Origin: Clostridiales bacterium
GTDB taxonomy: Bacteria > Bacillota > Clostridia > Oscillospirales > CAG-272
DNA: 64,000 bases
Reading direction: 5' to 3'
Assembly (NCBI GenBank): GCA_003150035.1
Contig: QALR01000015.1
Location: forward strand, 3,005-67,004
The notes beneath the pieces are model-generated. The model ran no database searches, was not told the origin of the DNA, and saw only the letters and a list, made by a program, of their open reading frames with translations. Made by a program: the position numbers and the translations under genes. Positions 26,112-35,494 of this stretch are shown here, in pieces. Positions within the stretch are counted from its first letter, which is position 1, and the number at the start of each line of letters is the position of its first letter.

Positions 26112-27039
26112 CTCCTTCGATTTCCGTCAGCTGAATGAATACATCCTCGAGCTTTTTATTCTCCCGCGGAGAAACTGTATAAAGGTCGAGTCCTGCAGAA
26201 ACGATGGCACGGTTGATCCGCGCCATGAGCTCGTCGGCACCCTCCTTCGGCACGATGACCTCAAGGGTTCCCTCCTCCGTGATACGGCGGCACTTTTCAT
26301 CCAAAAAAACCAGTGCGTCATAGGCTGCATGAGGATTGGAAACACGCAGAATAAAGTCGGCGCTGTCAGCAGAAACAGCGGAAAGAAGCTCTGCCGTTGT
26401 GCTTACACATTTGAGATGTCCGTTCACAATCACGCCTACGCGGTCACACATCATTTCCATCTCGCTCATCAAATGGCTGGAAACGATGACGGCGCAGCCG
26501 CTCTCATGGGCAAGCGCCCCAAAGATATCCCGTAACTCTTTGATACCGGCAGGATCCAGTCCATTTGTCGGCTCGTCAAGGATAAGCACCTTCGGTTCCC
26601 CGAGGATCGCCTGCGCGACCCCAAGCCGCTGACGCATACCGAGCGAATATTTTCCCACTTTATCATGAATGCGGTTATCAAGCCCCACAAGATGCACGAC
26701 CTCACGGATTCTCTTCTCATCTATTTTCCGGCGGCGAACCCTCGCATACTGAAGCAGATTGTCATAGCCGCTCATATATTTGTAGAACTCCGGATTTTCC
26801 ACAATTCCGCCGAGGCTCGCCATAGCGGATTCATATTCATGACGCAGGTCATGCCCGGCGACACGGATGGTGCCTGCATCTAGCATCAGCATACCGACAG
26901 CGATTTTAATGGTGGTTGTTTTGCCGGCGCCGTTTGGGCCAAGCAGTCCGAATACCTCCCCGCCGTACGCCTCAAAGGAAACATCGTGCAGAATTTCGCG
27001 TCCACCGAGGCTTTTGGTCAAATGCTCTACCGAAAACAT
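26095..27039 (-). CDS. ABC transporter ATP-binding protein
   Basis: Walker A GPNGAGKTT, signature YSLGMRQR, Walker B LILDEPTNGLD, H-loop SSHLM. The ATG at 27039 follows GGGAGG. Confidence 0.9.
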   Translation of the reverse strand: MFSVEHLTKSLGGREILHDVSFEAYGGEVFGLLGPNGAGKTTTIKIAVGMLMLDAGTIRVAGHDLRHEYESAMASLGGIVENPEFYKYMSGYDNLLQYARVRRRKIDEKRIREVVHLVGLDNRIHDKVGKYSLGMRQRLGVAQAILGEPKVLILDEPTNGLDPAGIKELRDIFGALAHESGCAVIVSSHLMSEMEMMCDRVGVIVNGHLKCVSTTAELLSAVSADSADFILRVSNPHAAYDALVFLDEKCRRITEEGTLEVIVPKEGADELMARINRAIVSAGLDLYTVSPRENKKLEDVFIQLTEIEGGVQIA

Positions 27040-27065
27040 GACGCCTCCCGAATTTTTCTCTGCTC

Positions 27066-27806
27066 TCATCCTTTCGTCCCTCCTTCTATTAGTCTTGTTT
27101 CATAAACGCTGATATACGCGTTTCCGACATAGACAATCTTCCACTCGCCGTCGATTTTTTCAAGATAAAGCATCATGCAGCCGGCACACCGGCTCTCGTA
27201 AATCTTCGAGGGATCTTCCTGCGACGCACCATCCTCTTGATAATAGCCATCCGGTGCTATTATATAGCTCCAATTTTCTGAACTCCCGGGAACATACAAA
27301 CCCTGATACGCAATGCCGCGCGTTTGCAAAACGCCGTCCAGATTCAGAAAAGCCGTTGCATTCCTGGGGCCGGTCTTGGTTATCGTAATTCCATAGGGAG
27401 CCTCCTGCATCGTAAGCTCGAGCGACAAAATCTCTCCTGCGGTTCCCTCTTTGAGATATTTCCGATAGGCGGACATTATCTCATCGACGTTCTGCGCCGC
27501 AACACCGGAGAGTGCTCCGCTTCTTTTATAGGCAAAGTACGGAGCGATAAAATCAGAAAATTCCTTCATCCTCGCGTCGATTTCCTCCTCCGTGAGCTCA
27601 TGTCCGCACACCTGCTCCTCAAAGTTCACGTGGAATGCGGCAAGATCGGAAAGATACGTTTCCGCCATCGCTTCGATTTCCGGCTTATCTGCACTCCGGA
27701 AGCTCTGTCCCGTTATGACCGTATACAACACCACAGCAAGGACCAGGATGACGCCGAGCGCGAGTCCGCGGTTCAGTCTGCGAAAAAACAGCCTGCCTTT
27801 TGTCAT
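27066..27806 (-). CDS. Membrane-anchored protein of unknown function, first gene of the ABC-2 operon
   Basis: MTKGRLFFRRLNRGLALGVILVLAVVLYTVI signal anchor. RBS AGAGGAGG precedes the ATG at 27806. Its stop overlaps the ATPase ORF region. Confidence 0.5.
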   Translation of the reverse strand: MTKGRLFFRRLNRGLALGVILVLAVVLYTVITGQSFRSADKPEIEAMAETYLSDLAAFHVNFEEQVCGHELTEEEIDARMKEFSDFIAPYFAYKRSGALSGVAAQNVDEIMSAYRKYLKEGTAGEILSLELTMQEAPYGITITKTGPRNATAFLNLDGVLQTRGIAYQGLYVPGSSENWSYIIAPDGYYQEDGASQEDPSKIYESRCAGCMMLYLEKIDGEWKIVYVGNAYISVYETRLIEGGTKG

Positions 27807-28047
27807 AGAATTGCCTCCTCTATATAAAATCTCAGGAAAACGGCATCCGGGAACCACGTCCGGGATGCCCTTGCATGTTTCCATTATAAGGTGGAAGCTA
27901 TGCCAAATCAACCGCATTAAACCAATATTAAAAAATGTTTATCAAATGTTAAGAATTTTCCGCCTTTTCCTCCCCGGCGACGAGCCCCGCCCTTTCTCGC
28001 TGAAATTGTGAATCGCATGTTAAAATCGTGTAAAACCACTTCTCGAT

Positions 28048-28079
28048 ATGTTGACAGTCAACATAAAGCGTGTTATAAT
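28048..28079 (+). promoter_or_regulatory. Consensus sigma-A promoter overlapped by a perfect 8-1-8 palindrome (candidate DeoR operator)
   Basis: TTGACA (28051-56), 17 nt, TATAAT (28074-79). ATGTTGAC-A-GTCAACAT at 28048-28064 covers the -35. Confidence 0.6.
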
Positions 28080-28179
28080 TTACATTAGTGCAATTTGGCG
28101 GTCTTCCTGTATTCTATGGAAGCGCCGCTATCTATCCTATTCCAATGACGAACCGTAAAGTCGGAGAAAGGGGGTATCT

Positions 28180-28947
28180 ATGCCGGAAAACAGAAGAGCG
28201 CGGATTCGGGCCCTCCTCTCAGAAAAGCCGTTCGTATCTCTTGCAGAGCTGGAAGCGATGTTCCCCGACGTCACGAGCATGACGCTGCGGCGTGACATCA
28301 ACCTGCTCGAGGAAAAGGGCGAGCTTATCAAAGTGCGCGGCGGCGCGAAATCCATGAAGTTTATCAAAACCTCCATGGAGGATGAATTCGGCAAGCGCCT
28401 TTCCGAAAATCCGGAGGGAAAATCGAAAATTGCCGACAAAGCAGCGGAAATGATTGCCGACAGCCGATCGGTATTTATCGATTCCGGGACCACGGCGCTG
28501 CGGCTTGCGGCGGCTGTATCCGATATGCAGATTACCATCACGACCACAAGCCCGCATGTTGCCCTCGAACTTGTCAAAAAGGGACGGATCATGGTCAATA
28601 TCGTCGGCGGTATCATCAATCACGATAATCTGTCGGTTTCCGGGATGCAGGCGCTTCGCTTTATCGATGACATCAACATCGATCTCGCCTTTATCGTCCC
28701 CTCCGGCTGTTCGCTGACAGCGGGCTTTACCTGCGGAAACTATTCTGAATGTGAACTCAAGCGGCATATTGTCGGCAAGGCGCGCCGTGTTATCATTCTC
28801 ATGGACCATGATAAGCTTGACCGGTGTCTGCCCTATACGTTCTGTACGCCAAGCGACGTTCACAGCATCATCACAGACGGACCCCTGCCTGACGAATACC
28901 GAAACTATCTTTCGCACGCAGGAGCGGTCATTACGGAAATTCAGTAA
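28180..28947 (+). CDS. DeoR/GlpR-family transcriptional regulator
   Basis: N-terminal HTH RRARIRALLSEKPFVSLAELEAMFPDVTSMTLRRDINLLEEKGELIKVRGGA plus a DeoR C-terminal sensor domain. Confidence 0.88.
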   Translation: MPENRRARIRALLSEKPFVSLAELEAMFPDVTSMTLRRDINLLEEKGELIKVRGGAKSMKFIKTSMEDEFGKRLSENPEGKSKIADKAAEMIADSRSVFIDSGTTALRLAAAVSDMQITITTTSPHVALELVKKGRIMVNIVGGIINHDNLSVSGMQALRFIDDINIDLAFIVPSGCSLTAGFTCGNYSECELKRHIVGKARRVIILMDHDKLDRCLPYTFCTPSDVHSIITDGPLPDEYRNYLSHAGAVITEIQ

Positions 28948-29027
28948 ACCCATACCCGCAGCAGGCACGGCGGAGTCTTCTGCGGGGGTGAAAATATAAA
29001 AACAAGTCCGCCGGGAATGGAGTTATT

Positions 29028-30350
29028 ATGGCAACGGCTGTTATCATGCCGAGACAGGGTCAAAGCGTGGAAAGCTGCATCATCACCTCCTGGTCAAAAA
29101 AGGCCGGCGACAAGGTGGCAAAAGGAGATGTGCTGTTTTCTTATGAAACTGACAAATCCGCTTTCGACGAAGTCTCAGAAGTAGAAGGAACCCTTCTTAA
29201 AATCTTAGCCGAGGAGGGCGACGACGTCCCGTGCCTTGACGTCGTCTGCATCATCGGCGAGCCCGGCGAGGACATTTCCGCTTTGGAAGGCGGCGCATCT
29301 CCTGCGCCGCAGCCGTCTGCGGCAGAGCCTGAGGCGTCCGCAGCTCCCGCCGCCTCCGCGCAGGTCGTTTCCACGGCGACCGAAAACGATGGGGAACGGA
29401 TCAAGATTTCTCCGAGAGCAAAAAATCTCGCACTCAAAACGGACGCCGATCTTTCCCGCGTCACACCAACCGGACCGGAGGGCAGAATCATAGAGCGCGA
29501 CATCGTCCGTGCGCTTGACGCCGGCTATACCGCAGCGCCCGCGCAAACGGAAGCCTATCTGAGAGGTGAAGCGCCGGCTGCGGGAACAGCGCCCAAATCC
29601 GCAGCTGCTCTCGCGGCAACACCGGCGGAAACCATCGCATCCGCAGCATCCGATACGGGCTATACCGACGAGAAACTGCCGCAGATCCGCCGTGTGATTG
29701 CGAAATCGATGCACGCTTCCCTTTCCGAAATGGCACAGCTCACACTCAACGCTTCCTTTGACGCGACAGCCATTCTGAATCTGCGCGCCTCCATCAAGGC
29801 GGGCGGAGAGGCGCTAGGCATCGGGAATGTCACCATCAACGACATGATTCTCTTTGCCGCGGCAAAAATTCTAAAGCATCACAAAGCGCTCAATGCCCAT
29901 TTTCTCGGCGATACGATACGTTATTTTGACGGCGTTCATCTCGGAATCGCGGTTGACACGGAGCGCGGCCTCATGGTGCCCACTCTGTTTGACGCGGACC
30001 GCCTAACGCTCGCGGAACTTGCCGCCGCCACAAAGGTCCTTAGCAAAGAGGCGCAGGCGGGAACCATCAGTCCCGACAAGCTGAAAGGCGCCTCCTTTAC
30101 AGTCAGCAATCTCGGTCCGACGGGAATCGAGAGCTTTACACCCGTCATCAACCCGCCGCAGACCGGAATTCTCGGCGTCTGCTCACTGACCAAGCGTGTC
30201 AAGGAAGAAAACGGCGCACCGGTATTCTATCCGTGCATTCCGCTTTCCCTGACCTTCGATCACAGAGCACTGGACGGTGCACCCGCCGCGAGATTCTTGC
30301 ATGAGCTTTGCACGGCGCTTGAAAGCTTCGAGCTTCTGCTCGTAAAATAA
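29028..30350 (+). CDS. Dihydrolipoamide acyltransferase (E2) of a 2-oxoacid/acetoin dehydrogenase complex
   Basis: Lipoyl domain (SYETDKSAFDEV), Ala/Pro linker, E3-binding domain (ISPRAKNLA...TGPEGRIIERDI), catalytic domain with DHRALDG. Confidence 0.9.
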   Translation: MATAVIMPRQGQSVESCIITSWSKKAGDKVAKGDVLFSYETDKSAFDEVSEVEGTLLKILAEEGDDVPCLDVVCIIGEPGEDISALEGGASPAPQPSAAEPEASAAPAASAQVVSTATENDGERIKISPRAKNLALKTDADLSRVTPTGPEGRIIERDIVRALDAGYTAAPAQTEAYLRGEAPAAGTAPKSAAALAATPAETIASAASDTGYTDEKLPQIRRVIAKSMHASLSEMAQLTLNASFDATAILNLRASIKAGGEALGIGNVTINDMILFAAAKILKHHKALNAHFLGDTIRYFDGVHLGIAVDTERGLMVPTLFDADRLTLAELAAATKVLSKEAQAGTISPDKLKGASFTVSNLGPTGIESFTPVINPPQTGILGVCSLTKRVKEENGAPVFYPCIPLSLTFDHRALDGAPAARFLHELCTALESFELLLVK

Positions 30351-30388
30351 TTCTGCATTCGAAAATCGGCAAAAGGAAGGAATTCAGT

Positions 30389-31750
30389 ATGTATGATTTG
30401 ATCATTTTGGGAGGCGGTCCCGCCGGCTACAACGCGGCGGAGCGCGCGGCCCACGCCGGAATGAAAACGCTGCTTTTCGAGGGAAAAGCGCTCGGCGGCG
30501 TATGCCTTAACGAGGGCTGCGTACCGACCAAAACCCTGCTTTACAGTGCAAAAATCTATGATTCTATGAAGCACGGAGAAGCTTACGGCGTCACCTGCAC
30601 TAGCCCCTGCATCGATCACGCCTTTGTGGTAGGACGCAAGGACAAGGTCGTTGGAACACTTGTCTCCGGTGTTTCCGGCCGGTTGAAAAAGGCCGGTGTC
30701 GAGGTGGTTCCCGCCTTCGGGACCATTACAGGGCGCAGCGCCGAGGGCTTTTCCGTTACAGCGGACGGCAAGGAATACAAAGCCTCAAAGCTGCTGATTT
30801 GCACAGGCTCCTATGCCTTTGTGCCGCCTGTCCCGGGCCTTCGAGAAGCGGTGGAGTCCGGCTTTGCTATGACCAACCGCGAGATTCTCGACATGCGCGA
30901 GCTTCCCCGCTCGCTTGTCGTCATCGGCGGCGGCGTCATCGGACTTGAAATGGCGTCCTACTTCAACTCTGTCGGCGTAAAGGTCACAGTCGTCGAAATG
31001 CTCGACCACATCGCGGGCCCGACCGACGGCGAGATCTCCAAGATCCTGCTTCGCAACTATCAGAAAAAGGGCGTGGAGTTCATCCTCGGCGCCAAGGTCA
31101 CCGCGGTCGGAAACGGCGCCGTCACCTTTGAAAAGGACGGCAAAACGGAATCCGTATCGGCGGATAAGGTGCTTGTTGCCATCGGACGCCGCGCGAATAC
31201 CGCCGGCATCGGCCTTGAATCCATTGGCGTCCAGGTCGAACGCGGCGCCGTCGTCACCGACGAATATTGCCAGACAAGCGTGCCGGGCGTCTATGCCGCA
31301 GGCGACGTCAACGGCAAATCGATGCTCGCCCACACCGCCTACCGCGAGGGCGAGGTCGCCCTTGCCAATATGCTTGGCGGACGGCAGCGCGTGAATTACC
31401 TTTCCATTCCGTCCGTTATCTACACCAATCCTGAGGTCGCCTGCGTCGGCGAAACCTCAGAAAGCGTCAAAGCCAAGGGACTGGACGCTGTCAGCACTTC
31501 TGTCACGCTGAAATACAGCGGACGATATATTGCGGAAAACGAGGGCGGCGACGGCATTGTAAAGCTTGTCGTCGATAAAACGCATAAGACCCTGCTCGGT
31601 GTTCATATGATTGGAAGCTATGCATCCGAAATCATCTACGGCACCGCTATGATGGTGGAAAAACAGATGCGCGTGGACGATGTGAAAAAGCTCGTCTTTC
31701 CGCATCCCACCGTATGCGAGGTCATCCGCGAAGCTATGTTCATGATTTGA
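30389..31750 (+). CDS. lpdA: Dihydrolipoyl dehydrogenase (E3)
   Basis: GGGPAGY FAD motif, redox-active CLNEGCVPTK, NAD motif VIGGGVIGLE, C-terminal HPT interface motif. Confidence 0.92.
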   Translation: MYDLIILGGGPAGYNAAERAAHAGMKTLLFEGKALGGVCLNEGCVPTKTLLYSAKIYDSMKHGEAYGVTCTSPCIDHAFVVGRKDKVVGTLVSGVSGRLKKAGVEVVPAFGTITGRSAEGFSVTADGKEYKASKLLICTGSYAFVPPVPGLREAVESGFAMTNREILDMRELPRSLVVIGGGVIGLEMASYFNSVGVKVTVVEMLDHIAGPTDGEISKILLRNYQKKGVEFILGAKVTAVGNGAVTFEKDGKTESVSADKVLVAIGRRANTAGIGLESIGVQVERGAVVTDEYCQTSVPGVYAAGDVNGKSMLAHTAYREGEVALANMLGGRQRVNYLSIPSVIYTNPEVACVGETSESVKAKGLDAVSTSVTLKYSGRYIAENEGGDGIVKLVVDKTHKTLLGVHMIGSYASEIIYGTAMMVEKQMRVDDVKKLVFPHPTVCEVIREAMFMI

Positions 31751-31835
31751 AATTCAAAATAACTTGCCGAAAAGGAGACGTCGGCAGAGTTCCTTTTCCT
31801 CTCTCTATTTTTCCTGCCGAGAAAGTGAGTTTATC

Positions 31836-34304
31836 ATGCCAAAAAGTCAATTTGTCGATCCGAAAAAAGTATTTGAACCCGGCTACATCCATTTTCATGA
31901 CATTCCCGTATGCCAATACAATCTGACGCTCGACGACGAAAAGAAAATCTATTCCAAGAGCGATTTCGTCCGCATTTACCGCGACATGGCGGTCATCCGC
32001 GAATTCGAGACGATGTTAAACGAGATCAAGACCAAGAGCGTTTATAACGGCGTCGAGTATTCCAATCCCGGACCCGCGCATCTTTCCATCGGACAGGAGG
32101 CTTCCGCCGTCGGCGAGGCGTACTGCCTTGACATCGACGACTATACCTTTGGCTCGCACAGGAGCCATGGAGAAATCCTCGCAAAAGGACTTTCCGCCAT
32201 TCATAAGCTTTCCGACAGCGAGCTTTACAGCATCATGAAGGAATTCCTGGGCGGTTCCATTCTCAAAGTCGTGGAGGGAAAAGAAGAAGTTCTCGGCAAC
32301 GTCAAGGAGCTTGCCATCGACTTTCTGCTCTACGGCGCGCTCGCCGAGGTCTTCGCCAGAACGACGGGCTTCAACCGCGGACTTGGAGGCTCTATGCATG
32401 CCTTCTTTATTCCGTTCGGCATCTTCCCGAACAACGCCATCGTCGGCGGTTCCGCCGGCATCGCGCTCGGTGCTGCGCTCTACAAAAAGAGCAATGCCAA
32501 AAAAGGCATCGTCGTCGCCAACTGCGGAGACGGCGCTATGGGACGCGGTCCTGTTCTGGAAGCGCTCAACATGTCTGCCATGGATCAGATCCGCGAGCTT
32601 TGGGACCGCGACGGCGGTATGCCGATCCTCTTCAACATCTTCAACAACCATTACGGCATGGGCGGACAGACAGTCGGCGAGACGATGGGCTGGAAGATGG
32701 CAGCGCGCATCGGTGCGGGCGTCAATCCGGAGCAAATGCACGCAGAGCGCGTAAACGGCTATGATCCGCTCGCCGTCATCGACGCGTTCACAAGAAAGAA
32801 AGAGCTGCTCGTGCGCGGAGAAGGTCCCGCCCTGCTTGAGGTCGTCACCTACCGTGTGTCCGGCCACTCGCCGTCCGACTCCTCCACCTATCGCACGCCG
32901 GAGGAAATCGAAGCGTGGAAAGCGGCCGACCCGATCAAGGCCTATCGAGAAAAGCTCATCCTCGGCGGAATCGCCTCGGAATCCGAGCTTGATACCATTC
33001 ATGACACTATCGTTCGCCGCATGACGAAAATCTGCAAAATGGCGATTGACGAGACTCTATCTCCGCGTATGGATCTCGATAAGAATCCCGACGCCATTGA
33101 ATCGCTTATGTTCTCGAATGAGAAAAAACCGAAGCTCGATGACAGAACACCCGAAATGCTGATGCCAAAGGACGAGGTGCCGCGCGTGAAAGACATCGCC
33201 GGCAAGGTCCGCTCGGCATTTGACAGCGAGGGCAAGCCTGTCTCCAAGATGAAACGCTATAACATCTGCGACGCGCTCTTCGAGCCGATCATCGATAAAT
33301 TCTACGAGGATCCCACGCTCATTGTTTACGGCGAGGACAACCGCGACTGGGGCGGCGCGTTCGGCGTCTACAAGAAGATGACCGAAGCCGTTCCCTACTA
33401 TCGCTTCTTCAACGCACCGATTTCCGAGGCGGCCATCGTCGGCTCTGCCGTCGGCTACGCGATGTGCGGCGGACGCGCGATTGTCGAGCTGATGTATGCC
33501 GACTTCATCGGCTGCGCGGGCGATGAAATCTTCAATCAGATTGCAAAATGGCAGTCTATGAGCGCCGGCATTCTGAAAATGCCGATTGTTCTTCGTGTTT
33601 CCGTCGGCTCCAAGTACGGCGCACAGCACAGCCAGGACTGGACGGCGCTCACCGCGCATATCCCGGGACTCAAGGTGGTATTCCCGGCAACGCCGTATGA
33701 CGCTAAGGGTCTCATGACAGAGGCACTGAACGGCACCGACCCCGTTATTTTCTTCGAAAGCCAAAGAATCTACGACAAAGGCGAGGAATTCCACGAGGGC
33801 GGCGTACCCGAGGGAACATATGAAATCCGCATCGGCGATCCGGATATTAAAAAGCCCGGCAAGGATATCACCATTCTCACCATCGGCGCGGTTCTCTACC
33901 GTGCGCTAGAAGCCGCAAAGATTCTTGAGGAGAAATACGGCATCTCCGCCGAAGTCATCGACGCGCGCTCGATTGTTCCGTTCGATTATGATAAGGTCAT
34001 CGAATCGGTCAAAAAGACGGGCAAAATCGTGCTCGTCGGCGATGCGTGCGAACGCGGTTCCGTCATGCGCGACATGGCCTCCAATATTGCGGAGTTTGCG
34101 TTTGACTATCTCGACGCGCCGCCGGTTGTCGTCGCTTCCCGCAACTGGATTACCCCCGCTCATGAGCTAGAGAAATACTTCTTCCCGCAGGCGGATACGA
34201 TCATCGACGCCATTCATGAGAAAGTCATGCCGATTGCAGGCTATACCCCGACGCATAACTTCACCACCATCGAAAAAATGCGCCGTTCCAAAGAGGGCGT
34301 ATAA
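31836..34304 (+). CDS. Fused E1 alpha-beta subunit (TPP-dependent 2-oxoacid/acetoin dehydrogenase E1)
   Basis: Alpha part with the TPP motif GDGAMGRG...NNHYGMGG. Beta part FNAPISEAAIVGSAVGYAMCGGRAIVELMYADF plus a C-terminal transketolase-like domain. The ATG at 31836 is preferred over the track TTG at 31764. Confidence 0.85.
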   Translation: MPKSQFVDPKKVFEPGYIHFHDIPVCQYNLTLDDEKKIYSKSDFVRIYRDMAVIREFETMLNEIKTKSVYNGVEYSNPGPAHLSIGQEASAVGEAYCLDIDDYTFGSHRSHGEILAKGLSAIHKLSDSELYSIMKEFLGGSILKVVEGKEEVLGNVKELAIDFLLYGALAEVFARTTGFNRGLGGSMHAFFIPFGIFPNNAIVGGSAGIALGAALYKKSNAKKGIVVANCGDGAMGRGPVLEALNMSAMDQIRELWDRDGGMPILFNIFNNHYGMGGQTVGETMGWKMAARIGAGVNPEQMHAERVNGYDPLAVIDAFTRKKELLVRGEGPALLEVVTYRVSGHSPSDSSTYRTPEEIEAWKAADPIKAYREKLILGGIASESELDTIHDTIVRRMTKICKMAIDETLSPRMDLDKNPDAIESLMFSNEKKPKLDDRTPEMLMPKDEVPRVKDIAGKVRSAFDSEGKPVSKMKRYNICDALFEPIIDKFYEDPTLIVYGEDNRDWGGAFGVYKKMTEAVPYYRFFNAPISEAAIVGSAVGYAMCGGRAIVELMYADFIGCAGDEIFNQIAKWQSMSAGILKMPIVLRVSVGSKYGAQHSQDWTALTAHIPGLKVVFPATPYDAKGLMTEALNGTDPVIFFESQRIYDKGEEFHEGGVPEGTYEIRIGDPDIKKPGKDITILTIGAVLYRALEAAKILEEKYGISAEVIDARSIVPFDYDKVIESVKKTGKIVLVGDACERGSVMRDMASNIAEFAFDYLDAPPVVVASRNWITPAHELEKYFFPQADTIIDAIHEKVMPIAGYTPTHNFTTIEKMRRSKEGV

Positions 34305-34307
34305 GCA

Positions 34308-34350
34308 AAAAATCCGGTATCCGAGCCATTTTCGGATACCGGATTTTTGT
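34308..34350 (+). terminator. Strong intrinsic terminator after the dehydrogenase cluster
   Basis: 17-bp stem AAAAATCCGGTATCCGA / TCGGATACCGGATTTTT. Confidence 0.9.
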
Positions 34351-34571
34351 ATTTTGGCTTTTCTTGCGTTCCGCGCAAAGCGAAACAAATCCGTTACAGA
34401 GTTCCCTTTGTCCTCGCTTTATCATGCTTTTTGGTTATGGAAAACGATTGCATACAAATATTTGACATATCCTCTGTTTCTTTGTATAATAACGTATTGA
34501 AATAGAGTGGAAAAACAGATATATAACAAAATTTCCCTCCATCCACATAGAATCAGAAAAGAGGGCACAAC

Positions 34572-35438
34572 ATGAGAGAACAAATTCAAAATCAGCAATT
34601 CGACGAAGAACGGTCGCTTTATCACCTGACCGATACCGACGTGATAGATTGTATTTTCGCGGGGCCGGCGGACGGGGAATCCGTCCTGAAGGAGTGCCGC
34701 GGCATCACCGTCACGGGATGCTCCTTTTCCCTGCGTTATCCGCTTTGGCATGCCGACGGCTTTACCCTTTCCGACAGCTTTATGGACGACAAAACGCGCG
34801 CACCCCTTTGGTATACCACCCACGGAATGATTTCCGGCTGCGGCATTGACGGGATCAAAACGCTGCGCGAATGTGAAGACATCCGGCTAGAACGCTGCAT
34901 CGTTCACTCGCCCGAATTCGGTTGGCGCTGCCATGACATCAGGATTGTTCAGTCTGTCATCGACTCGGAATACTTCCTTTTTGAAACCAAAAATATCTGG
35001 ATCGACCGGCTGCGCATGACCGGCAAGTACTCTTTTCAGTATACGGAAAATATGACCATTGAAAACAGCCTGCTTGATACCAAGGACGCGTTCTGGCACT
35101 GCAAAAACGTGACAGTGAAAAATTCCGTCGTCCGCGGAGAATATCTCGGCTGGTATTCGGACGGACTTACGCTGATAGACTGTCAGATCATCGGCACACA
35201 GCCGCTGTGCTACTGCAAAAACCTGAGGCTTGTCCGCTGCACGATGCACGGCTGCGACCTTGCCTTTGAATATTCGGACGTAGAAGCGGACATCATCGGC
35301 TCCATCGATTCCGTAAAAAATCCGAAATCCGGGAAAATCACAGCGGACGCCATCGGGGAAATCATCCGCGAGGACGCTGTGATAGACTGCCACGGGGAGG
35401 TTGTCAAAAGAGGAGAGTCCCCTGTTAGCATCGTCTGA
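34572..35438 (+). CDS. DUF3737-family protein (predicted right-handed beta-helix)
   Basis: QQFDEERSLY...GESVLKE...YPLWH, then KDAFWHCKNVTVKNSVVRGEYLGWYS...GTQPLCYCKNL...VKNPKSGKITADAIGEI. This matches my recollection of DUF3737 proteins. Confidence 0.6.
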   Translation: MREQIQNQQFDEERSLYHLTDTDVIDCIFAGPADGESVLKECRGITVTGCSFSLRYPLWHADGFTLSDSFMDDKTRAPLWYTTHGMISGCGIDGIKTLRECEDIRLERCIVHSPEFGWRCHDIRIVQSVIDSEYFLFETKNIWIDRLRMTGKYSFQYTENMTIENSLLDTKDAFWHCKNVTVKNSVVRGEYLGWYSDGLTLIDCQIIGTQPLCYCKNLRLVRCTMHGCDLAFEYSDVEADIIGSIDSVKNPKSGKITADAIGEIIREDAVIDCHGEVVKRGESPVSIV

Positions 35439-35494
35439 ACCATATACCACAATCGATAAAAAAATGCAGTCCCGTAAACGGACTGCATTTTTTG

